NCBI RefSeq assembly: GCF_009914755.1
Contig: NC_060933.1
Reading direction: 5' to 3' (one strand)
From: the human T2T-CHM13v2.0 reference genome, Homo sapiens
DNA: 64,000 bases
The position numbers and the translations under genes are program-made. Below are positions 16,551-44,650 of this stretch, in pieces. Under the pieces are notes generated by a model. That model saw only the letters and a program-made list of their open reading frames with translations. It was not told the DNA's origin and ran no database searches. Every line of letters begins with the position of its first letter. Position 1 is the first letter of the stretch.

Positions 16551-17629
16551 CATTGATGTTGCCATCCCAACAACTGCCTTGGAGGGAAAAAGAGAAGGGC
16601 AGGGCCTTCTGAGAAAGTTCAATGACAGGATGCCCCACAAATGCCCTTCACCCTGGGGTGTCCCTCTGCCAGCTCAGCCTGCAAACCATGATCCCTTGTA
16701 CGACTGCAGCCCAGCTGTGTTGCAGAAGTAAAGGTGTCTGCCCCCATGAAGCCAGCCCAGAGGAGGGAGGAGCTGGGATGCCATTCCTGGGAGGGGGGCC
16801 TCCTCTGGGGAGGCCTGGGTGGACTTGAAGACAGCTCAGCCTCATCTGCCCTAGAGACCTTGCCAGGAGAAATCCTGGGTCTCCAGGCCAGGAGATCTGC
16901 TAGGCTGGGAGACCTGCCCTGGGAGCCACTTGTCAGCAGGGGACCCTGTGATTGTGGGGATGAGGCTGGGGGTAGGAAGGGGTGGTCACTAGGCTTCCTC
17001 TGCTGGTGGAGGACAATGAAATGATGGATTTGAAGCTGAACTCTGTGCTGGGCCCTGGTGCTCTAAGCAAGTCATTTCTCTACTTTTTAGCCCCGTATGC
17101 TGTCTGTAAAGTGAGATAAGAAAACCCACCCGCAGGGCTGTCCTGGGGAGTCCAGGTGCATGCCAAGCAGGAGTGGCACAGGTCCTGGTCTCTGTTTCCC
17201 AGGGTTGGGGACCAGCATCTGGCTGGAATGGGGGTGGCTTTGGGATAAGTGCCTGCATAGCTCTTGGTATCCAGGGCCAAGGGTCCAGCTGCCCAGCATT
17301 CTAAAGACTCTCCATTGTCTGGGGAAGCTCTCTGAGGTCATTTCCCACAACACCATGGGATGGCTGCGGTGGGCTAGGGAAAGGAGGGTGTGCAGCAGGC
17401 ACATAAACTTTCTAGAGTAGTGTGGGTTGCACCACTGCAGGCATGAGGTGGGGCGCCCCGGTGTCACAAAAGTCCGATCAGGGGACATATGGTCCTGCCA
17501 GGAGCTAAGGGCCCAGAGCTTGGCCACCGTGCAGAGAGCTGGGCGAAGAGGAAGCGCCGCAGCCAGTGGACTTGGTTCCACTCAGCTGCAAAAGGAAGAG
17601 AGCTGGTCAAGACGACGTCTGCAGTCCCT

Positions 17630-18165
17630 TCACTATAAAATTTTGCAAAATACAAACTGCTCAGTGGGTGTGTAGTTGGCCGAAGGTACTCCACCAAAGA
17701 GGTACCAAAAGCTGGTGGGCTTCAAAGCAGCATCGTCCCCAGCAGCCAAAAGGTGGGCACCCCAAGTGTCCATCCACAGATGATGGGTAAACAAAACGGG
17801 GCCTGTCCATGCTAGGAAATATGACTTGGCCATCAAAGGGAATGGAGCTCTGACACATGCCACACGTGGACCTTGAGGACATCATGCTGAGTGAAACAGG
17901 CCAGTCACAAAAGCACAAGCACAGGATGATTCCACTTATATGAGGTCCCTAGAGTAGTCAAATTCATCGAAAGTAGAATGGTGGCTGGCAGGATCTGGGG
18001 GAGGGGAATGGGGAGTTAGTGTCTAATGGGTACAGAGCTTCAGTTTGGGAAAAGTTCTGGTGTTGGCTGGTGGTGATGATTGCACAACAATGTGAATGTA
18101 CCCAATGCCACTGAACTGTACACTTAGAAATAGTTAAGAAGGTAAAATTTATTAAGTATATTTTA
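17630..18165 (+). mobile_element. Old L1 (L1M) 3' end fragment
   Basis: cccaagtgtccatccacagatgatgggtaaac...gcacaacaatgtgaatgtac...ctgtacacttagaaatagttaag is typical of L1MB/ME 3'UTR. Confidence 0.8.
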
Positions 18166-18756
18166 GTAACCCCTCCCCCCGCCCCCGCCAAAAAAAAAAA
18201 AAGCCCATGTGCACAGTGGTCTCTGCTGAATGAAGACTTGAAAACCAGAGCCCAGCCCTAAACAGCTCATGCATAGTCCAGGCAGAGAAACAGAGCAGGT
18301 AATGCCCCCTCAACTGATGGCAGACGGGCCAGGGAGCCCTGCTCTGGGCTGGAGCAGGGAGGCACCTTCAGGGTTGTGGGAGATCTGCAGGGAGAGCCAC
18401 TTCTCCCTAGGGGTGGGTGTCTGAGCAACAGCACCAGAATCCCAGCGACATTCTCTCCTTCCTCCTTCCAGACTGGCTTTGCCTGCCTCTGAGGCTCTGG
18501 GAATGCTGTTCCCTCCACTTGGAAGGCAGTTTCCTCACTTCACCAATTCTTTATCTTCGTCATCCCAAACCCAACCCACATGCACCCCACAAGAAAACCT
18601 CCCCTTGCCAGTTATAGACTCTCAAATCCCCCAGAAATTCTGCCCTCTGATGTTGATCATAATTGTCATGAAATAGCTATTTGTGTCATTGTGTGACACG
18701 TTCTATGAAATTCTCCATTGCTTCCCCAGTACTCATTAAGGAAATGCTTTTTGTCA

Positions 18757-19200
18757 GATGGACAGATGGATGGTTGGGTGAGTGAATGGATGGATGAATG
18801 ATGGATGGATGGATGGTTGGATGGATGGATGGAAGCATGGATAGATGGATGGATGGGTGGATGGATGGATGGTGGATGTGTGGATGGATGGATGGATGAA
18901 CAGATGGGTGGATGGATGGATGGATGGATGGATGGATGGATGGTTGGATGGATAGATGGATGGATGGATGGTGGATGTGTGGATGGATGAATGGATGAAC
19001 AGATGGGTGGATGGATGGATGGATGGATGCATGGATGGATGGATGGATGGATGGACGGATGGACGGATGGATGGACAGATGGATGGATGGATGGATGGGT
19101 GGGTGGATGGATGATAGGTGGATGGATGGATGGATGGATGGATGGTGGTTGGGTGGATGGATGGTGGATGGGTGGATGGATGGACAATGGGTGGATGGAT
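18757..19200. repeat. (GGAT/TGGA)n microsatellite, ~440 bp
   Basis: Long imperfect atgg array following an L2-like 3' end. Confidence 0.95.
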
Positions 19201-19852
19201 AGGCAAGCAAACTGAAGGGTCTACCCACCCAAAGGGGCCAATGCATGGAGTGCCTAGGCCTGGATAACAGGGTGCAAGTATACGTGTGAATGGGTGCTTT
19301 CGAGTCTTTTGCCTAGAACCATGAATTACAGTTCAGGCCCACTGTCAGTCCTACCTGACACTGTGTGGACTGTGGACCTGTCTGAGAACGGCTTCCTGGA
19401 TCTAGAGGTTTGGCTGAAGGACAGCACTCACCATCTCCTGGGAGGATGAGCTCTCAATCTGATCTGATCTGATTGGCTTGGAGGACCCATCCCAGATGGC
19501 ACCATCCATCTGTACCTAGCACTTGCTGTGACCTGGGCTGGCACTAGCTGAGCACTTCCCATAGAATAGCAGGAGCTACTTTTCCCTGTTTTACAGACAT
19601 GGAAACTGAGGCACGCATTTGCCCAAGGTTTGACTGAACTTTAAAGGACCTCTTCCCTAAGGCTTTTTAATCCCAAGGTAAACCCTTCCCAAGGAATCAA
19701 GGGGTCAGGGATGGACCTGTGGCCCACTCTCCTCTACAGATCCCCTAAAACAGACAGCAAGTTCCCAGTGTGGTGCTCTGGGCCGGCGTGGAGGGGTCAG
19801 GAAGGGATGAGCCTGGAGTAGGGAAGCACTTTGGAGAATGCCAGACCCGGGG

Positions 19853-20031
19853 CCCTTCCCTCCCTCTCCACCTCCCTCCTCCTGTTCCTTTCCTCCTCTT
19901 CCCTCCCTCTTCCTCCCCACCTCTTCCCTCCCCTCCTCTCTCTCCCTCCTCTTCTCCCCATCTCCCTTTCCTTCTCCTCCTCCCTATCTCCCTTTCCTTC
20001 TCCTCCTCCCTCTCCCCTTTCCCCACTCTTC
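19853..20031. repeat. Polypyrimidine (CT-rich) low-complexity tract
   Basis: About 180 nt almost exclusively C/T on the + strand. Confidence 0.9.
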
Positions 20032-20799
20032 CTAGCCACAGGTGGGGTTGTGGCCCTGGCTGAAACTCTTGAATGACTTAGTGATTCTTTCCTTCCAGCA
20101 TCTTGAGTTCTTCCTGGAACTAGGGGTGGGGGGGCACTGCCAGTGGCCAGGGGAGGGGACTGCGGGGCACGCGTGGGACTCCCTGGCTTGGTCCTCTGTT
20201 CTCTCCTCCATTTATGGGTTCGCTCACTCAGCAGCATTGATTTCATGCCAGGCGCTGGGGAAGCGGGGTCCAAAGAGACACCCCCGACCCTGCTCAGGGA
20301 TGGGGGCAGTAGGTGTGCTGCACGGAGGGGCCTCTTCAAGTGGGGGCAGAAACCCCTTCCCAGAGGTCACCCAGAACCAAAAGGGGAGCAGGAAGGAAAG
20401 GCATGGAGGTCCTGGGGAGGCCCTGGCATCGCAGGGCCAGGAATTTGGGGGTGGGGCAAAGTGGGAGTGGTTAGGAGAAGACAGGGGTGGGAGCAGCGGG
20501 ACCCACTCCCACAGTCTCTGGTAAAGCTTTGGGTCTCTGCCCCAGAGCAGTGGGATCGACTTGCATTTTGGGGGGAGAAGCATCCCTGGTGTCCTGGTGG
20601 CCAGGGAAGTCAGGAGCCCTGCAAGGTGACTGGAGCCCTACAACTCAGGGGGCAGGGGTTGCAAAGACCAGCCAGGCAGCCCCCTCAAGATGGAACCGCT
20701 CACGGGTCTAGGGAACCAAGGTGGGCCACCGCTGGAAGGTGGCCTGAGTCCTCTGAGGCCCCTGTGGTCCCAACACAGGCAGGTCTCCTGGTGGGAGAG

Positions 20800-21510
20800 A
20801 CAGAAATGGTTGTGGCTCCAATAGGGAACAATGTAGTAATGTCTAACTAAATCACAGAGGCACACACCCTTTGGCCCAACAATACCTTACAGATGCCTAG
20901 CCCATGTGTACACACTACAGTGATTCACTACAAGCATTTGTTTTTGGGAAAGGTTGGAAACAACCTAAGTACCCATTAAAGAGGGTTGCGTAAATAAATC
21001 ATGGTCCAGCCACACAGGGGAATACTGTCCATCTGTTCAAAGAAATGAGGAAGCACTTTCTGAATTGACAGAGAGTAATTTCCATGATATATTGCCAAGT
21101 GAAAAAAGGAAGGTAGGAAGGGAATGTATACCAAGGCACCACTGGTGGTCAACGAATTGATAGTTGGCTGTAACAGATGAAGGAGTCATATTATAATCTC
21201 TGGGGAAGCCAGTAAAAGCATGTGCAACTATTTATTACAGGGGAAGTTGAATAAGAAAACCCATTTGTGAGTTAGTTGTTTGCTTTTTAAAAAGGGGATG
21301 GAGAATATATATATATATATATAAAATTTTGTTTATAACATTGTAGATTGTCTCCAGAGAGATAAACAAGAAACCGGTGACATTGATCACCTCCAGAGAA
21401 AAGGTGATCTCAGTGTCTGGGGGAAAGGAGTGGGAGGGAGACTTTTCACTGAGTGCCTTTTTGTGTCCTTTGAATTTTGAAACACATGCATATAGTTACC
21501 CATCCTCTTA
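20800..21510 (+). mobile_element. Old L1 (L1ME-like) 3' fragment
   Basis: ggaaacaacctaagtacccattaaa...taaataaatcatggt and the ending cttttgtgtcctttgaattttgaaacac are typical of L1ME 3' regions. Confidence 0.65.
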
Positions 21511-22109
21511 ATAGAGAAGTGTAAGTGGATGTGGGAGATGCCTTAGAAGGCTGTTCCCAGTGGCGAAGTGGAGGCTGTTCCCAGTGGTGTGAGTTGAACC
21601 AGGGTGATGGATGGATGGGTGGAGAAGATGGATTTCTGATGAATTTAAGAGATAGAGTGGACTGATGTGGCAGCAGATGGATGAGGGGCAAGTGGGGAAT
21701 CCGGGATGACACCCACGTTTCCGGTGCTGCCATTCCTGAGAAAGAGAATCCTGCAGGAGGGAGTCATGGGAAGAGATCTGGGAAGATACAGGGTGAGTTC
21801 AGTTTAAGCATCATTTGTTTTTTTTGTCTCCCCCTTTGACTGTCCAGGGTTCTCCCATCTCCCCTGTGAATAAATTTCCCCATGTGGGTGTGGTCTTAGA
21901 GAACGGACAGTTCCCTGTGTGGCCCCTGCCTGTTGGAGTAAGTCCTGGGCTTAGATGCTTCCTTGGTCACCCTCTAGCAGGTAGTCCCATAACCTAAGCC
22001 CTACCCATTCTTGTCCATTCTAGGAGTTTTGATGTTCAATAGGTGATGCAAAGAACCCACTCACCCTCCAGAGCCCCCCAGGTCCCCTGTCTGCCCCATT
22101 GGTGAGGTG

Positions 22110-28330
<6,221 letters not shown>

Positions 28331-28333
28331 ATA

Positions 28334-30540
<2,207 letters not shown>

Positions 30541-30599
30541 CAGTACAGTTCAATGACACTGAATACATCCACATTGTTGCGCAACCATCACCATGTGAC

Positions 30600-33189
<2,590 letters not shown>

Positions 33190-33924
33190 TGAAAGCCCTC
33201 CTTGTCTTCAGTTAGTAGAGGATCAATATCCCCCCACCCAAGCCCCATCACAGAAGGGCCTCCCCAGACAGTATTAAGTATTCAAGGCCCCAGACAGAAG
33301 TCAGGTGTGGGGGTTGTGGGGTTGCCAGAGTGTCAGGCCCCCCACCGCACGAGATTTGGCCCTGTCAATCAGCCAGTAGCCCCTTTTTTGCCTTGGGACA
33401 CCTCAGCAGACAGGACAGCTGTGTGATGTTCCCCACGTCTACAATCAGGAAGCAGGGGCGGGGCTTCAGCTGGATGCTGGGGCAACTGAGGGCGGGGACT
33501 GGCAAGTCCTTAGTGCTTGAGCTGGGACCATAGGTGGCAGGGCACGGTGGCACCGGCCACCCCCTAACTTCCACACCGCTTGCCCCTGCTGCCCAGGGAG
33601 GATGTGAGCCTGTGTGGACCTAGTTGAGAACTCACTCTGTGACTTCCGGGATCTGGATGCAGCGGCTGGGGTTGGCAGGGCCCACTGCAGGGAAACGGTT
33701 AAAATGCGCTGGGCTTCGTTTTTCCCGGAAGCCCTCATTACCTGGTATTACCTTAGGTGTGGATTCCTTTATTCGCCTGCTGTCTGTCTCTGCCAATCAA
33801 ATGTGAGCTCCGTGAGGGCGGAGGGGGGCGGTCCTCTCGGCTTCATCATCCGAGCCCAGCACAGGATCGGGCACATCGCGGGGAGCATTTGGTAAATGGA
33901 TGTCTGAATGGCTGCTGTGAAGTG

Positions 33925-34874
<950 letters not shown>

Positions 34875-35333
34875 CTAAGGTGACTGTGAGAAATCGCCAC
34901 ACACTGGGTGACTGAAAACACAACACAAATGTGATTTTCAGAGTTCTGGAGGCCAGCAGTCCGGTAGCAAGGTGACAGTAAGATCCAATTCCGCCCCCCC
35001 CCCCGACTCACGTCACAGGAAATTAAACATTTAAGCTGAAAAAATGTTCAAACCAAGCAGGGCAGTGCCCATGCACAGAAGTGAGGCCCAACGGGCGAAG
35101 CGGACTCATCCTCCCTCCTCATGCCAACAGCAGCTCAAAGCTTCTCAATGGCAAAACTTCTACCAGGTCCTGTCTAAGGCCAAGATTCCTCCTAAAACCC
35201 AAACCATCCCCGAGGGGGCCAGCTCCTCGGTCCCTTCAGCAGGAGGGTCCCTGAGTCTGGAAAGAGGAGCTCAGCTCCAAGGGGTGGTGGTGGAAGATGC
35301 ACCCTTCTGTGTCTTGTGCCAGGGGTCCCCACC

Positions 35334-36320
35334 TGTGGGCAGCAAGCCACCCAGGTGCCAAGGCAAGAGACCGAGGGCACAAGCTGTTCCAGTATAATAA
35401 AATATATAAAATAACAAGAGTTATACTACATATAGATCATAGATATATGTAAGTACCACTAATCATCAGTTTGTAGTAATTACTCTTTATTCAACTATTA
35501 TAATAATCCTCGCTCTACAATCATAACCTAGGAAAAGCCAGGCCATACAGAGATAGGAGCTGAAGGGACATGGTGAGAAGTGACCAGAAGACAAGAGCAT
35601 GAGCCCTCTGTCACACCCAGACAGGGCCACCAGAGGGCTCCTTGGTCTAGCGGTAATGCCAGCGTCTGGGAAGACGCCCGTAGCCAAGCGGACCGTGTTC
35701 TAGCAGTAGCATCAGTGCCAAGGAAAAGCACCGGCTACTTAGCAGACCGGGAAAGGGAGTCTCCCTTTCCCTGGGGGAGTTTAGAGAAGACTCTACTCCA
35801 CCACCTCTTGTTGAGGGCCTGACCCGCCCACAGTTATCCGGAGGCCTAACCGTCTCCCTGTGATGCTGTGCTTCAGCGGTCATGCTCCTGGTCCGCTTTC
35901 ATGTTCCATCCTGTACACCTGGCTCTGCCTTCTAGATAGCAGTAGCAAAATTAGTGAAAGCACTAAAAGTCTCTGATATGCAGAAATAATGGTGTAAGCT
36001 GTCTCCTCCCTCTCTTTCTCTCCACCTTGGCTGCCAAATAGGGAAGGGCCCCCTGTCCAGTGGACACGTGACCCACGTTACCTTACCTATCATTGGAGGT
36101 GGCTCACACTCCTTACCCTGCCCGCTTGTCTTGTATCCAATAAATAACAGCACAGGCTGGCATTCGGGGCCACTACCAGTCTCCACGTCTCAGTGGTAGT
36201 GGTCCCCCAGGCCCAGCTGTCTTTTCTTTTATCTCTCTGTCTTGTGTCTTTATTTCTACGATCTCTCGTCTCCGCACAAGGGGAGAAAAACCCACAGACC
36301 CTGTAGGGCTGGTCCCTACA
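35334..36320 (+). mobile_element. LTR13-type (HERV-K13/HML-4) solo LTR
   Basis: TGTGGGC.GCAAGCCACCCAGGTGCC...GGTCCCTACA termini; AATAAA 36139-36144; flanks cccacc/tccacc (6-bp TSD, 1 mismatch). Confidence 0.85.
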
Positions 36321-36534
36321 TCCACCCTTTCCCTGAGCAACAAACGCTGGTTGCAGCACCCAAGCGTCCTTCAGGAGCTCCGAATCTCTCCCGTGTGGAA
36401 GTGGCACATAGAGGCTGCCCCCCACCCCCAGTGTGCCCAATCCGCCCATAGGAGGTGGCTAGAGCTGTAGTGCCCTTCTGTCCAGTGGGATGAAATCTGC
36501 CACCCCACAGCAGGGCAAGATGCGAGAAGCATGC

Positions 36535-40142
<3,608 letters not shown>

Positions 40143-40149
40143 CCTTCAG

Positions 40150-41340
40150 GGGCTCTCCACGGCACTGGGAAGCAGCCAGCCCGACGGGTGGACCCTTTTC
40201 GTGGGTGCGGGTCTCTGACCTCGGTCGGCCTCGGACCTCATCTCCTCCCTGTTTGAGGGGCCACACTCCTCGCTCCGGGGCTTTGCAGCAGCCCTGGGCG
40301 CCTACCGGACAGACGCCGTTCTCCCCGCCTGGGTCTTGAGTAGGGCCCAGCACACAGTAGGCGCTTAATGTCTGCCTGCCTAACAGACGAACGCCGGATG
40401 CCCGCGTTCGGCCCCGAGCCGGCGCTTCGGGGCTTTCTGTGGAGGCGGGGCGATGGTTACAGCACAGTTCCCCCGCGCTCGCCTTTTCCACATCCACCTC
40501 CGCGAGGCCCCCCGCAAGCGCCGTTGGAAACCTAGTCCCGAGGGGGCTGCAAGAGCTTGGGAGAAGAAGCGCCAACACCGACAGAATACCAGGCCGACCC
40601 AATGCGGAAATCAATTCTCAGCCGGGACCTTTTCCCCACCAAGCAGGCGGGCCGGAAGTCTGCCTCTGGCCCGCCCCCGAGGTGTCATTGGGTGGAATAC
40701 CCAGAAGAGGGCTGGGACGTGGTTAACTCTAGTTCTTTATTGGTTAAAACGTACGAAGCTGGAGGAGAAGGTGGGACCTAGCTTCCTCCGGACTTCTCAT
40801 TGGCTCAAAAAAAAACTCGCTCGGCCCTCGGATTCTCATTGGCTGAAGTCGAGGGAGGTTTGTGTCTTATTATCCTCCGGGTCCCTCGCTGGCTAGTAGG
40901 AGAGACTGGTGCTTGCCCCGCCCGGTGGACTAACTCGCTTAATTTTAAATAAAAAGTCGAGGACACGGCGGTCGTTTTCCCGAAGACATGGGCCCTCCCA
41001 TGGGCCATTTGCTCCCTGGAGGCCCTCGCGTCTTGCTGAGCCCGGGGAGTTAGGATGACGCGAGCGGTGAGGGAGCCCGGAACGATTCCTTCGCGGAACA
41101 ATTGAGGCGAGGCCTTTGGGAGTACTTTGTGGGACGGACCCTGGCGGGCCCTGCCAGACGCACAGGGATGGCGGCGGAGGCGGCCGATTTGGGGCTGGGG
41201 GCCGCCGTCCCCGTGGAGCTGAGGCGGGAGCGACGCATGGTGTGCGTGGAGTACCCGGGAGTGGTGCGTGATGTGGCTAAGATGCTGCCGACTCTGGGCG
41301 GCGAGGAAGGCGTCTCCCGGGTAAGGGGCTGGGAATCTCG
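40150..41340 (+). promoter_or_regulatory. GTF3C5: GTF3C5 CpG-island promoter
   Basis: CpG-dense; CCAAT 40599-40603, ATTGG at 40687, 40739, 40799, 40838; ETS/GABP CCGGAAGT 40652-40659; GC box; lies directly upstream of the ATG at 41168. Confidence 0.85.
41168..41320 (+). CDS. GTF3C5: GTF3C5 (TFIIIC 63-kDa subunit) coding exon 1
   Basis: gggATGG start; [51 protein letters not shown]; donor CGG|gtaagg. Confidence 0.95.
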
Positions 41341-41352
41341 GTGTTGGAATAA

Positions 41353-42402
<1,050 letters not shown>

Positions 42403-42709
42403 TAAGGCAGTCAGTCCCTGTTTTTGTGTCCTGTCCCTGCTGGTTGGAGTTGGACCACACAATCTAAGCTAATCTCAATTGGCTATTTTAAATAGAACAG
42501 GGGTGTGGGTTACAGTGACGGGACGAGCGATTTCGGTGGGAAGACTAGTTTCGGCGGGAAGGGCAGTTAAACAGAGCGGGTAACTAAGGGCAAGGAGGCA
42601 CAAAGAACAAGGAAGTTAGACTTTGAAGATGGAGAACAAAGAACAAGGGAGTTGAACAAGCTGAACCTTTGAAGAAGAATTCACTGTATAGAACAGTTTC
42701 CCCCTCTTG

Positions 42710-44650
42710 ATTTTCATACTTCTTTCTCTTCAAACCTTTTTAGCATGTCTCGACTTTGCTGTTCTTGGTTTTCTAAAAGTAGAAGTTTGTCTGAATAAGG
42801 CGGGGGGAAATTGGAGGTTAGTGAGAGCTGTCTCCGTAAGTCTTTGTATTAACCCTCAGGCACAGGGTATGATACAACATCCTACGAGAATAAACACGTT
42901 TATTACAATGGCAAGGGACATAAGGATCGAGGACATAAGTCCTTTCCACCTGCCGAACAATCTTCCCATTAGATCAGTGAAGAGATCGTTTATCCCAGAA
43001 TTTTAAGCTAGCTCATTGGATAAAGCAGTAAGACCTTGCAGTGCCTTTGTTATGGTTCCGTCAGGAACAGTATTATTTGGGATAAAAGTACAACATTGGG
43101 TTCCAAGCATGACACAAACGCCACCCCTCTCTGCTAGTATCATTTCTAATGCTATTCTATTTTCCCAAGCCATTTGACTGGTGGGTCCTAGTTGTTCAGC
43201 TGTTCCTTTGATAGCATTCCTAGTATAATTAACAAATTGTTGCTGGTTGTAATAGATGTAACTTATCCAATCTACATTTTTATTTATAGTTAACCACCAG
43301 AAAAACATAGACTCAAATCCCGCAGCTATTTGATTACAAGCCTTAAATTCATCAGGTACCCCTCGGGGAACTCCAGTGGCATCTGTATAAACACGAGGGT
43401 CAAAGGAACCACGGGGGGCATCTCTTACTCTACGGTGTCTTGTTTTTACTTCTTCTGGTTGATGAAATGCCAGAGTGAAAGGGATGGCCAATTGGATCAG
43501 AGCACAGGTACCGCTCCAGTTACTTGGCAGAGTATCCAGTTACGGTCCACCACAATGCCACCATACATCTGCTCAGGATAAATGACTAGGGGCAGATTCA
43601 TGGGTAAGCTCTTGGAAGGGCTTAAGCTCACTGCATCCTGTTAGGTCCCCAAGGAATGCCAAATTTTCCCTGTCACAAGAGACACAAAGTAAAATTGGCA
43701 CTGGGAGACAGAAGCTGGATAGCCCTCAGGGGCTGACCCGCAGGGTGTTGAACCTCAGGGAACAGCAGAGAGAGAGCTCGGCACGATTTATCACCCCAGG
43801 CTGTGGGGTCCTGGAAAAGAGCTACCGTACAGCCCATGCCCACTCGTCTGGAGGACCATCCAAGTGGAAAGGGGACAGTCTGGGCTTCTGGTCTACTGTG
43901 TGCACAAGTGTAACAATCACTTTTGTTTAAAGTGCGGACAGAATATTTAATCCATTCCATCCAGGCGTTTGCATCTCAGTACCCTGTTTCAATTGCTAGA
44001 GTTTGCTTTAGGTCTCTTACTTCTACAGCTGCTACTTTGGCTGGGTCGTTGTGGAGACCGGAGGGGAACACTGGGCCTGATATGTTTGGGGAGAGCGTTG
44101 GGTCCCATACGTTCCCTGGACTCTGGGTCTGGGTTTCTTCATTGTTTTTAACCGCCGATGGTCCAGTCAACCTTAGAGAGGGTTCCTATGGGATCCCGTC
44201 CTGTAACATCTGCTCCTAACCCGTACCGTCCGAATACAGAGGGTTCTTGGGCCATTGTTTGGGGATTATCTATAATTAGCAATAAGGGGTTACACCGCAG
44301 TGGCTTACAATTTGGTGGAGTGGAGCGATGGATAAGTTAGAGTTTTTGTTTGAGTTTCCGCAACTTATTTAAAGGAGGGGGGTTGGCTGTCCGCCTCCCA
44401 TATTGACTGGTCCACCAAACATTTGCCCAGTCACCACAGGGGCCCTTTAAGGCTCCATACTTATACTTGTTTGACTGTCTGCGATATGGACATGGATACT
44501 TAACTACATCGGATAGCTGCCTTTGAGCTTGTTCGTATCTGCACGGGGTAAGAACAAGTGTCGAACTGAAGGGTCAAGGGATGGTTAGCCTGAGTCACAT
44601 TGATGACAAGATGACCTTATGTTGGAAAGAAAAGGAAAAATAGACAAGTG
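42710..44650 (-). pseudogene. ERV env pseudogene (gamma-type SU/TM, HERV-I/EnvP(b)-like)
   Basis: Furin-like RHRRVR, GVPRGVPDEFKA, ISD ENRIALEMILAERGGVC, CX6CC (CVMLGTQCC); in-frame stops at 43003-43005 and 42856-42858; fragmented SU. Confidence 0.88.

Noticed and set aside
18666-19246. HPSI/MDGW-repeat ORFs on both strands
   Set aside because: Artefacts of the (GGAT)n array.
20143-20850. 235-aa ORF
   Set aside because: Non-ATG start, Gly/Pro/Arg-biased composition, no domain; runs into an L1 remnant.
21548-21587. 16-bp direct repeat aggctgttcccagtgg x2 as a CRISPR-like or regulatory array
   Set aside because: Only two copies 8 nt apart in old repeat-like sequence; a simple slippage duplication.
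42710-44650. env as a domesticated syncytin/EnvP(b)-like gene
   Set aside because: In-frame stops before and after the transmembrane helix and a fragmented SU; no full-length ORF.
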